Shown: positions 50,905 to 64,000 of the stretch, piece after piece | How the letters are laid out: the number at the start of each line of letters is the position of its first letter | How positions within the stretch are numbered: the first letter of the stretch is position 1 | DNA from: the human T2T-CHM13v2.0 reference genome, Homo sapiens | Length of the DNA stretch: 64,000 nucleotides | NCBI RefSeq assembly: GCF_009914755.1 | Contig: NC_060931.1 | Direction: 5' to 3' (one strand) | Notes under the pieces: generated by a model | What the model was told of the DNA's origin: nothing | The model's database searches: none | The model's input: only the letters and a program-made list of their open reading frames with translations | Made by a program: the position numbers and the translations under genes

Positions 50905-51556
50905 TGTCGGGGCCAAGGGAAAACCTTCCTCTTTGCTCTGTGAATGTTCACTGAAAATCATGGACAAGAGGCAGATTAATTGGAGAAAAGGCTTACAAAT
51001 TAATGTGTACATGGAGGCCCTCAGAGTGAAGACCTGAAGATACAGGGGGAATTGTCTATTCTTTTGCTTAGGTTCAACAAAGTATGGACAGTTGTGTCTG
51101 TACATTTTGTCCAAATGTGATTGGAAAAAAGAGTATGATCTAAGGCTAACAGACTGAGTGGGGAAAACTCAGCAAGGCCTGTCTGTCGAGAATCTTCTTG
51201 GCCTCCCTGAGCATACATTCTCTTCTTCTGGGTATGGAGCAGACACTCTCTGGAATGGGGATCTTATGACCATAGTCAAAAAAAGGTAGGTTGGATAACT
51301 TCTTGATGGCCAGTGTTTACACAGAAAGGCAGAGGGAAAGTTAGAGTAATAGTTTTAGGTTTTTGGCTGGCTTTGAGGAAAAGGGGTTTTGGTGACTATG
51401 GCCTGCCTTGGGGAAGAGGGATGCTAGTTTCTGTGGCTAGCCTGGTGGGGAATGGGACTGAGAGATAGAGGGGAGGTGAAAGTCAGAGAAAAACTTTTGT
51501 TTCTCAGGCTGCTTCCAAGGCTTTCATTGTGGAGTCTTGTTTTATGAGTCCCAACA
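50905..51556 (-). mobile_element. ERV1 solo LTR (MER39-group)
   Basis: Minus strand begins TGTTGGGACTCATAAAACAAGACTCC...GAAGCAGCCTGAGAAACAAAAGTTTTTCTCTGAC and ends ...CCCCGACA. Confidence 0.7.
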
Positions 51557-52156
51557 TTGCATTAGGTTGCAAAAGTACATCTGTAAACCCAGCAAATTTG
51601 AGAGTTGGTGGATATGAGGATAAAGGGAGTTTAAAAGTAAGAAACAGGAAACAACAATGAAACAGCATCATTGAGATTCCTTAGGTCTGGGGGCAGCCAT
51701 TCAAAGAATACTTTGGGATGTTTTTCATCTGTGGTAAACACAGGCATCTTTGACCTCAGGGACTAAGAAGCTGTTTGGGAAACCATCTCTACAATGGTGT
51801 AATAGTTCATGTGGCATAAATACTGACTGGCCAAGTTGACTATAAACTGGTACAACCCCTGGAACAAGGGTCATCAGTGTGACCATGGAGAAATTTGAGA
51901 ATTAGTACAAGGGCCCTTCGGAGGCTCACGATCATCTTTAATGAATTGTTGCCTAGTGGCCATAGGTTCAAGGTTGTCTTTTAGATGGATGGCAAGCCTG
52001 AGATCTTTCATTGCATACCAGAAGAACAGAAGGCAGGTGCATGGAGAACACAACATTAAGAAGACAGCTAAAGAGAAGTTCAATTGGGCAAGACATGAAT
52101 GTAGTGATAGAGAAAACAGCAGTCATATTAGCAGTAGATATACAAACCCACAAACT

Positions 52157-52812
<656 letters not shown>

Positions 52813-53151
52813 AACCTTTCTTATTAAGAATAAAATTATACACACATACTTATCTCTCATATACTGTAATCATTAACTAAGAAGGAAGACGTCCATCCAA
52901 GAAGGCTTTCAGTTGTTGAATGTTTGCTCCCTAAAAATACCACCTAAGTAACTAATTTGATAAGGCAAAGCTAAGTTTGTGGCTTAGCATGGTAAGGGAG
53001 CTCTCTACCTTGAAAAAGTTTTAATAGAATCTTGGAGAGGGAGGGTGAAGTTGGGCTATTTATGAGGTTTGTGGTGCCTGGTTTAAGATGGGTTTTTCAA
53101 TATGAGGGCTTGATGAAAGTTGGGTAATGATTATGAGATATTGGTTTATAA

Positions 53152-53495
<344 letters not shown>

Positions 53496-55119
53496 TGAGG
53501 TGAGGGTTTCAAAAAAAGTGTTGAGAATAAATGGTAAACTTTTATCTCCCTGGGCCAGGGCTTCTTGTAATAATAGTACAGTTGTAGTATTACAAGAATA
53601 ATACTTCATGTATGATTACAAGATGCCCTGCCCCAAGGAAATAAAGACATTGTAATAGTAAAGCCATGTTGAAGAAGATGGTCAGATTGTAAAGTAACAT
53701 TCATGTAGACAATAAGCTGTGTGGGTGTAGGTGGTTTCAGGTTTGCACAATCTAATTGTTTGGAATTCAAGAGGAGAATAGTTTGAGTAAGGACAGGTAA
53801 AGATAATTAAGAAGTAGGACTGACACTCTGAGTTTACCTAAAATAATGCTCATCCCAGTGTGTGTGGTAGAGGGGAGGGCAAAGAGAGAGAGGTTTATTG
53901 ACTGCAGTAAAACCATACCTACATACTAAAGATATAAAATGTTTGTATGCATATACTTATAGTTTCATTTATTTTACTTACATCTTCTTTTTAAATTTCT
54001 TTTGTTATATACTAAAGTTTCAAATTAAAGAACTCCTGTATGTTGCTTAAACATCAGGGAAGGCAAATGGACTGTCAGGAGGAGACTATTAGTGCTCGAG
54101 GTTAAATGCAGAAAGATCATATACGAGCATGTAAACTTTTTTGGATATGACACTGTTAGGGGATCATCTTGGAAATCTGCCCTGTTGTTCCTATTGTATA
54201 TCTTTACAAAGCTCTTCTTTTTACCATACTCCTTTTATTCCTTCTTCTGATAATTTAATTAATGGGGAGGCATGTTGATATGAGGAGTTTCCTTCCTTTT
54301 CCTTTTGTACCTCTTCCTCATGGCTTCTTGTGCCCTCATAAAATTATTAATTTTTAACTTCAGGCCTTCTCTTCTGTTACTTTTCTGTCCCTAGAATTTC
54401 TTGGAGCTCCTATTTTTCATCAGGAAACATTGCTTCCGTTGAGGGTTGTTTCTGAGATTTCATGGAGAGGGGCTCCTAGGGAACAGATATTGAATACATT
54501 ATTTTAATTCATAGAGATTAAGAAAATGAAAGGTAATGAGTTGCTTTGGAAGAATTTGCTTAAAAAAGAAAATTTCACCTAGAGCAATATTCAGATCAGG
54601 AGCACTCTTTTTGTATAATTTCTGCCTGTCTGCCAGTGCCTCACCCTGAGTCTGCCAGGGAGATTTTTTTCCCCATCCCAGTCAATTCCATTATGTTTTC
54701 AAAGGAAGTAGCTTATTTGGAATAATAATGCTTTCTTACATTAGGGGTTTACTGGTAACATAGAAGCTTTGTGAAGAGAGACTTTCACAGTTAATAGATA
54801 CCACTTATTTGAATATCTACATATAGCTGTGCACTTTGCATTAGTAATTCATTGGCATTAGTAATTCACAGAACTGTTCTCTCTCTCCCTTTAAAGATGT
54901 TGAAACTGAGGCTCAGAAAAATTACTTGCCCAAAGTCTTATAGCTAATAAATCTAAAGCCAAAGCTTATGAAGCCATTTCCACTTGACACCAAAGCTTTC
55001 AGTGAGTGCTACACTGTGCTACCTCTTCACATCATAGTGAAGTCATCTTGAATGAGTTGTAGTAGCATATTTGACATATTTGATAAGAAAAGAAATCAAT
55101 TCGTTTATAGTTCTTCTAG

Positions 55120-55484
<365 letters not shown>

Positions 55485-56575
55485 TTATGCATTTTATTTT
55501 AATCAACAATATACATAGTCATTTCATATTTTTTTCTGCACATTTACTTATTTTATTCCATCCTTCCTTCTGGGTTTCTTCACAAAATAGTAAATGGCTA
55601 TGTGGAAGGGGTTGCTGTCTGTTACCAATGTGAGAATAAAAGATGTTGGAAATTAGATAATATGAAAATGAGTATGTAACGCAACAAGTATTCCTGTCAA
55701 CTGTTGGTACATGTTACTAGACAAGGAAGTTAAGCAAAACCATACCCTGCTCTTCCAGTTGTTAACACTCCTATTCATGGTTATCATCATTTTAAAAAGC
55801 TTGGCTGGGTTCAGTGCAGTGTCTTAAATACATTTGCATATGTTCTTCTATTTAACAGTCCATTTGTACCTGCTGAATCCCCAAAACATGTTAATATTTT
55901 CTGTATAGAAAAAATATACAAGTAACTAAACATGATTGCTAATCTGGATACTTTGGAAAGATCCACCTAATTTTTCAAAGCCTCATCTGGCAGTGAGGTG
56001 TGATGGCAGGCAGATAAAGGTAACTGAACAAACACCTCAGTCAAAAATACAGTTTATGATACGGAAATAAAGTCTCATGAATTTTTGGACCCTGTCTTGT
56101 TTCTCACATTTATTAAGCCTCTACTGCTTTCTAGTTATTCTGATGTGAACTGAAGATCCAAAGCTGAGTACATGGATCTTGCCCTCACTGAAATCACAGT
56201 TTAGGCTGAAGTGTTAATTTTTTAATCATTATGAGCAAGATAAGTTCTGGATAGAGAGAGATGTATACAGCACAGTAGGTGTGCAGCTTTTGGGGGATCT
56301 GATTTGATGTCAGCATGCAAGGACTGCCAAGTCCCATTCTCATAAACGAGCCCAACAACTGACGTCATTAATACACAGAGCAGGACAGAGCAATTGAGGT
56401 TGTTTGTTAACCTTACCCTGGTCTCTTGTCTCATAGTCTGCTATGGAGGTAGGTAGATAGGTAGGGGCCAGTGGGATTTGTTTGCTGCCTCAAGTGGAAC
56501 TACATTAACATCATAATGAAATATCTTTCCTCTTACACTACTGTGATATGAAATCCAATCTTCTCTGGAGGCTGA

Positions 56576-56866
<291 letters not shown>

Positions 56867-57202
56867 TGATTTTATGGTAAAACTTAATTAATCACGAGGA
56901 GTACAAATAGTATATTTTATAGTTTAACACCTAGTTATTGCATTTCTTAATTTTTTTAGTCATTTTCTTATTTTATCCTCAATCTTGTGATGACAGGGCT
57001 ATTTTTATAATTCATACTTATCCGGTAAAACCAGAAAATGTGGCTTACTAAAGTACACATGCACTGTTAGTGGCAGAGTTGTTTCTTCTTTAAAATCCAA
57101 AAGCTCCTTCCGACCACACTGCCTCTCTGAAAAAAGTCACCTGCCCAATGAAGGGTTCCAAGTACCCACATTGGTTGCATGAAAGGACCCACTAATGAGG
57201 GC

Positions 57203-57552
57203 TGTCTTAGTCTGTTGAGGCTGCTGTAACAAAGTACCATAAACTGGGTAGCTTATCGACAACAGAAATGTTATTTCTCGCAATTTTGGAGTCTGGGAGT
57301 TCCAAGGGCAAAGCAGCATCGGATTTGGTATCCAGTGAGGTCCCATTTCCTGGTTTGTAGATGGCACCTTCTAGCTGTGTCCTCAGATGCTGAAATGGGC
57401 TAGGGATCTCTCTGTGGTCGGATTTATAAGGGAACTAGTCTCAAACCTCATCTAATCACTTCTTATAGACCCCACCTTCTGATACCATCACCTTGGGGGT
57501 TAGGATTTCAACATATAAATTTTAATGGGACACAAATATACAGACCATAGCA
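57203..57552 (-). mobile_element. MLT1A MaLR solo LTR
   Basis: TGTCTTAGTCTG...CAGACCATAGCA with perfect 5-bp TSD AGGGC. Confidence 0.85.
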
Positions 57553-58568
57553 AGGGCTCAGAGAAGAGGAGGTTTTTTTTTTTTTAACTTAAATTTCCGA
57601 AGACAGGTGAAGGAAGGCTAAGTCAGTCTTACTGGCCCACAGCCTGGATTTCTAGACCCTCAGGTGAGGGTGTAGCTCTTGCAGCTCAGTGTACTCATTG
57701 CCCTCCTTAGCTGAGCTACTGGCTCTGTTTCCAGCCACCTAGTAATTTTCTTCCTTTAGCTGCAAGTTATCAGGCCCAACCTGTGTGAACATGTTTCTTC
57801 AGAAACTGGTCATGTTGGTGACATATTGCTACTTTCTGTAATTGCGATTGATTGCTGTAACTCTTGCCTTAAATAATATATTTATTATATTTATATTATA
57901 TATTAATCATATTTGACTTATAGCTAAATAGTAACATATATTTAATATATTTTCTTTATTCAACAATTATTGAACACTTCTGTGTAATGCTTGTACTATG
58001 TCTGGACATACAAAGTAAATATAACAAAGTCTATGTTCACTTGATATTTAAAATATAGGTTGTTGCAAAAGATATAGTTACTTATTGAAGAAACTGGAGA
58101 GAAAATAAAAAGTAAAACAAATACATACTACCCACGTAGGCAACCCAGAGCTGTCTACTCTTAATGTTTTACTGTATAGCCTTTGACAATATTATAGTAT
58201 CACCAAAAGGAGATTATATTGTGTTCCTTTTGTAATTTATAATTTGTTCTTGTCGTTGATTAGAAAGCATCTTTTTATTTGATAGTTTGCTACCTCATCA
58301 TTTGTAATGATTATAAAGAATTCCTTTGCATAGATATTCTGTAATTAAGTTAGCCAATCCCCAGAACCTTTTGTTATTATGAAATTCTATGTGGTAAGCA
58401 TTCCCTTAGTCATCTTTTTCAAGCAACTATATTTATTCACCTAGAATGCACTCCTTAACCTTCAGTTGGAGGATTAAACACATCCACATTTTAAGGCTTT
58501 AGTTATTGTTACTAAATAGCTTTCCAGAAGCCTTGCTGGAACCTTTGAACACATTAGTAAAGTAAATA

Positions 58569-58803
58569 CAGGTTGAGTATTCCTTATCTGAAATGCTTTG
58601 GGCCACGAGTGTTTGGGATTCTGGATTTTATTGGATTTTGAAATATTTGTGTTATATTTACCAGTTGAGCATCCCTAATCTGAAAATCCAAAGCCAAAAT
58701 GCCCCAGTGAGAATTTTCTTTGAGCATCATGTTGTTACTCAAAAAGTTTCAGATTTTGGAGCACTTCAGCTTTCAGATATTTGGATTATGGATACTCAAC
58801 ATG
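58569..58803. mobile_element. Tigger4a (MER46/Zombi) MITE
   Basis: Terminal inverted repeats CAGGTTGAGTAT... / ...ATACTCAACATG, with TA upstream. Confidence 0.8.
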
Positions 58804-61199
58804 AATTTTCCTCATATGGGACCAGGGAGTCATGACTAGAAAGAGATGGTCTTCTAGTAGAACCTTGGTATTGAGAATATATGTTTGGGGTATGCAGTAC
58901 TATGGGTTGCACTGAGTGGACAGTAATAAAGGTAACCTTTGAAAAAATTAATAAGGTTAAATAAAATATATATTAGTTTGAATAATATACTGTTACTTCT
59001 ATCTCTCCATGTATAAAATTCAATTTCTCATCTCTCCCTCTAAAACAAATACTTCCTTTCCTTCCCTTTCTCTCTTCCTTCATTTCATTTTGCATGCATA
59101 TGAACATTTTTGTACCAGCTATGCCACAACCAGAACATGGTCTTTAGGTTTCAGCAGTTTGCAGTTAAGTCAGGGACATGGGTAAGTAAACAGTGACCAC
59201 AACACTGAATAATAAATATTATAGCAGACAAAAAGCACTGAGTGTATTTGTGCATGCGGGAGGGATCCTGACTGCAGTTGAGAGAGCTTTGTTAGGGTTT
59301 TCTTATTTTCCTAATATACTAACCTTGACTCCTTAATATCTCTTAACTCCCATATTCAGCAGTTGTTATGTCCTGTCTAACTTTATTCTCCAAGATTTCT
59401 CTAAGTGCATTTTCATAATCTGTTGTCTCCTTTCCATTTTCAGTGCTATTTATCACCTCAGCCAGGACTATTCCATCACCAACCTAATTGATGTACCCAG
59501 AACAAATTTCTTGATCCTCCTCTGATCTGTGTGACCCTCCCTAAACTAGTACTTTGAAGATTTCATTACCTTGGTTAAAAATCTTCAAAGGATTTTTATG
59601 ACCTATTGTGGAAAACCCAAGCTCCTTAGCTCAACAATCAAGATCAAATAGTGATCTGTTTTTCCAACCTTATTTCTTTTACTTATCTTCAATAAGCTCC
59701 TTTGGACCCCTCCTACTTGAGCAAATCCTACCCATTCTCCAAGGCCTGTTCATATTGATACACTCTGTAAAGCTGGGTCTGACTATACGTACCTGGCTGA
59801 AGCATTCCAGTTGTTGGTGCATCACATTTAACAGTTCACTATGCTTTTATTGCTATTCTGAGTTTTTCAAAGTATCTCATGTTTATGTTTTGTCATATTG
59901 AAAACTTACTTGAGTTACACATACTGTTGAGATCTCCTTTATCTCCTGGCACAGAAACTTGCACAAAGAGATCATTCACATAATGTGGAATCTGATATTG
60001 ATTTAAATGAGCTGCTGTTTGGACAGGTCTTGAACTTCCTTGATTAGATTATATGTAAATATGATCTAGTTATACTGACATGAATTAGCTTGTGTTTTGT
60101 CTTTCCTATTCTCTCACATTTTAATTCAACAACCAGTGCTGAAAACATCTAGCTGGTCTCCCAGTAAGCTCTTCTTTTATTGTGTCATCCTTTCCTCTCA
60201 CTTGGGAATTCCAAGGAAAGCAACACCCTTTCTTTCTCCATACCAGGCTGCCTAAACCTGCTGTCATGTAATCCCAGGAACATTTTTGTAGAATAGAAAA
60301 AATATGGCAAGGAAGGGCAGAAAGGAAGAAGGAAGGGGAAATGTGTGGAAACACATAAAGCAGGTGCGACTGTTCCTGGCCCCTCTCACCATCCCTCACT
60401 CTCACGTACGTGGTACACATAATTATTGCAACATTCTTTCCCACAAAATCCAGACTTCACCTCAGAATCCTATTTAGAGTGATCCAAGCAGATATCGTGA
60501 GTCAATAGGCATTGGCCAGACAAAGAAATCCTACTAACGTTCCCATTCTAGAATATATATGGGATCTTTATCTCTCCTTAGACAAATTAGATGTATGTAA
60601 ATTTACATTTATTGCATATATTCTCATGATTTGGATAACTGCTTATTTTATAAAAGTTCTCTCCCTTGTAAGAAAATACAGTAGAGGTCTTTGGGATTGC
60701 AAGCTTTCTTAGTACATTAAATGGTTTGAGTTACACATAAGTATTTTTGAATATTGAGTAACAGTGAATTCCTATTTGTGACAAAAGTTAAACATCATTA
60801 TTAGGAGCTAGAATAAACAACTAGAAAATAAATGGGTTAGAATTTGTGCAACATTCTTACATTTTCAGCCTTCGGCATTGATTTCAACAAAAGTATTAGC
60901 ATACCAGGTGTATATTTCTTAGCAGAAATCCAGGGTCAGTCGATACTGTTTGTATAGACACAATTTCCTTTTGCATTTGTATAGTACCTTATGCAGGTGT
61001 CCTGCTATTCATTATCTCATTGGTTCCCTGTAATAATGTGTGGCAGGCAAGAAGTATAATTTACTGATAGAGAAATTATAAAATAGGGAAATTTCAAGAA
61101 TTAAAATTACTCTATAAAATAGGGAGTATTACAAGAATTAAAATAACTCTAGGGGAGGCTGGGCACAAGTGTAGTTTTGTTCTAAAATTTAGCTTTTAT

Positions 61200-62090
61200 T
61201 TAATTTGGAAAATATGCAATACTTTCATATCTTTAACATTTATAAGGCACAAAGGCTAGGCAGAGAAAAACCTCCCTGTAATATCTGTCCTCCATCCACC
61301 CATATTCCTTCTGGGATAATATTATTAGTATAATATTAATTCCTTGGCTGTTCATGTAGAGATGTTCTATACAATATATGCTTGTATTTATTCCATATGC
61401 AAGTGAATAGAAGCCCCCTATACCATTTTTACGCCAATACTAATATGCTGTATACTTTATTCTGCACCTTATTTTTTTCACTTATTAATTTTGTGTAGAA
61501 ATTATTTCAGATCTATACATAAATAACTCTTTATCAATTTTTTTTTGAAAAACTGCTTAATGGTACTACATTGAGGGAATCATTACTTATCTAACCAAGG
61601 TCCCTACTGATAGGCATTGAAATGGTTTTAAATCCTTTGTCATGGTAAAAAATGCTGCACTATAAAAGCCTTAAACATAAGTCATTACTCGTGTAGGAGT
61701 ATATATGTTAAGGATAAATTTTAAGTGAGGCTGTTATGTTGTAGGGTGAAAGGATGTGTACATTTGTAGTTTTGATAGATATTGCCAAATTGTCCAAGAA
61801 ACTGCATCAATTTGTGCTCCTATCAGCAATTAGGAAAAGGCCTATTTCCATACACCCTTGCCACAGACATCTTATTCTGCTTTTTGATATTTGCCAATCT
61901 AGTAGGGTGAAAATAGTATCAATTGTAGTTTTAATTTTCAATGATCTGATGGTATTATGAGTGCAGTGGGGCATTATAGAGAATTTCTTATAGTGAAGAA
62001 CTATTTTTGCTTTCTGGACTATCTGTTTGAATCCCTTTCCATTGGGTTAATAGTCTTTTTAAAAATTTATTTGCAGTAGCTCCGATTTAT
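61200..62090 (-). mobile_element. Ancient L1M 3' region, highly diverged
   Basis: GATAGATATTGCCAAATTGTCC, TTTCCATACACCCTTGCCAC, TTTGCCAATCT...ATTGTAGTTTTAATTT typical of antisense L1ME. Confidence 0.55.
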
Positions 62091-62105
62091 TAGAGAAATG
62101 TTTTC

Positions 62106-62241
62106 TTCTTTTTTTTAAAATTATACTTTAAATTCTAGGGTACATGTGCACAACATGCAGGTTTGTTACATATGTATATATGTGCCATGTTGGTGTGCTG
62201 CACCCATTAACTATATACCTAATGTAAATGACGAGTTAATG
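62106..62241 (-). mobile_element. Very short L1PA 3' end with 5' inversion
   Basis: ATTATACTTTAAATTCTAGGGTACATGTGCAC...CACCCATTAACT followed by sense-oriented ATATACCTAATGTAAATGACGAGTTAATG. Confidence 0.85.
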
Positions 62242-62288
62242 AGAAATTTTTTCATTGTGTGAAGCACAAGAGTTCTTGAGTCTAAAGT

Positions 62289-62321
<33 letters not shown>

Positions 62322-62495
62322 AGATGGAGTCTTGCTCTGTTGTCCAGGTTGGAGTGCAGTAGTGCAATGACAGCTCACTGCAACTTCTGCCTCTTGGGCT
62401 CAAGCAATCCTCCCACCTCAGCCTACCAAGAAGCTGGGACCACAGGCATGCACCACCACACCCAGCTAGGTTTTCGTATTTTTTGTAGAGACGAG
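62289..62495 (-). mobile_element. Truncated AluJ (right arm and linker) with long T tail
   Basis: T-run, GAGATGGAGTCTTGCTCTG...TTTTTGTAGAGACGAGG, then unrelated sequence. Confidence 0.85.
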
Positions 62496-62927
62496 GCTGA
62501 GTCTAAATTTCATCTTCCCACACCTATATTAAACAAATAAACAAAATATAATTTATGATAGTGTCTCAGAACTTGCAGATCTTCTGCACTATTTATCTGT
62601 TTGCATATAATAATACGCCCTATTGTTTATTTCCCTGTAAGGTTTTTTATTCTCTGAAATTAGTTTACGGTGTTGATGAATTTCAACTTCCCTTTAATTT
62701 TCCTTATTTCTGGAACCTTCCAAAAGTCCACTGAAAATAATTTTACCTCTAAGAGGACTCCGTGCCAAAAGACATTTTCCTTTTCTGAAACAAAGAAGGT
62801 AATGTGAAAAACTCATTGTCAAGCCATATATACTGCTAAATTTGCAACCACAGACAGTATTTAGGTAAAAGATTGGGAGAAGAATCTTAAAGATTTCCGC
62901 TGTAAAGTGGGAATAATTTAGTGTTGA

Positions 62928-63583
62928 TGTTACAGGTAGATAGGCATGACCCAGACAGGAGAGGGCTCTCCCCCAACCCACCGGGAATGTCTGGTGATGG
63001 TTCGGCAACAGAGAGACCATTTCCTGATGGTCCACACCTGTTAACATCAACACCTTAATTGAATACAGACCCCAGGGAGAAGCAACTTTGTGGGGATGCA
63101 CTTTAAGAGACAAAAATGGCAAAGTATGACATCCAGGTACACGCCACTGGAAAAGGGAAGAAAGCCTCAGATGGGCTTGCATTTAACTTCCTAAACGTAC
63201 TGCTTGGCATGCCCAGGTCCAAAGGGTAAGGAAAGCACTGCGCATGCGGGAAGCCCACCCTGGGGGAAGAATCATGGGAAAGAGGAGAGCGTATGAAAGT
63301 CCTAGGATCAAGGCTAAAGACCCCTCTTTTAGCTCTTTTTCTCTGTTGGAACTTCAGGCATCTGGTTGGGTTTCTTCCAAGTGAATTTTCCTTTCTTTCC
63401 TGTTCTAAAGACTTTTTAACAAACTTCCACTCCTGCTCTGAAATTTGCCTTGGTCTCTTTTTCTGCTTTATGCCCCTCAGTCGAGTTCTTTCTTCTGAGG
63501 AGGCAAGGACTGAAGTTGCTATGGACCCATACGGATTCGCCGCTGGTAACTCAGGGTAACTTGGATCTCTGCCACCAGTAACA
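62928..63583 (+). mobile_element. MER50-like ERV1 solo LTR
   Basis: TGTTACAGGTAGATAGGCATG...CAGGAGAGGGC...GAGGAGGCAAGGACTGAAGTTGCT...CCAGTAACA; flanks TTGA/TTGG. Confidence 0.72.
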
Positions 63584-64000
63584 TTGGGATATTAAGACTA
63601 TAAAGAAAGGCGTAAGGATTCAGGGTTATATTTGGCCTTCAAAAGAGAATATCCAGAAATAAATTAAATTCTCTTAAACCACCTTTAGGATTTCACAATA
63701 ACATGGATCTCTCTTTTGAATCTAAGCATTTTGGATGCCCGTTTTTTTTTTTTGGCTGTCTGTAATAGCAAGCTGTTTTGCCTCAGCTCCTTCCTTTTCA
63801 GACCTAACCCATAGTAATCGTCTTGCTCTGAATTTACCTCTCTAGGATGGTGTTTCCCTTCCTGTTTGCTGATCCACTGGGGCTGTCCCAGAAAGAGAAC
63901 TACAACGCTACTCTTTCCCATGCCTTGCTTGTCCACAGGTAAATTTTCCTGGATTATGGCTAGCCAAAAACAAATTCTGAAAATATAAAGAATAGATTGT

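Noticed and set aside
60403-60412. 10-bp palindrome CACGTACGTG
   Set aside because: Palindromes of this length are expected by chance in 64 kb; no supporting context
62694-63182. 162-aa minus-strand ORF
   Set aside because: About half lies antisense in the MER50-like LTR; no recognisable domain or gene context

Overview
Human (primate) genomic DNA, AT-rich and roughly half transposable elements. The single recognisable protein-coding gene is the intronless TMEM229A on the minus strand (CDS 47722..46580, 380 aa), lying in a CpG island at about 46.7-48.6 kb; from recall this places the window at 7q31.32. The rest is intergenic: about 20 Alus (FAM/AluJ/AluS/AluY/AluYb8), several L1 pieces, solo LTRs (MER41, MER4A1, LTR7, LTR9/MER61-like, MER39-like, MER50, MaLRs), a decayed ERV-L pol/dUTPase region, DNA-transposon fossils and simple repeats. 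Nearly all other ORFs in the track are repeat-derived or chance. I found no prokaryotic-type system (no CRISPR array, operon or RNA gene) and nothing I can honestly call a new biological system. The best leads are: the two-domain pseudo-dimer architecture and polyQ linker of TMEM229A; a scrambled and partly inverted old L1; an ancient inverted templated duplication inside ERV-L; a MER41 LTR retaining tandem GAS sites; an intact LTR7; and a very short twin-primed L1 insertion. Repeat subfamily names come from recalled consensus sequences and need RepeatMasker/Dfam confirmation.
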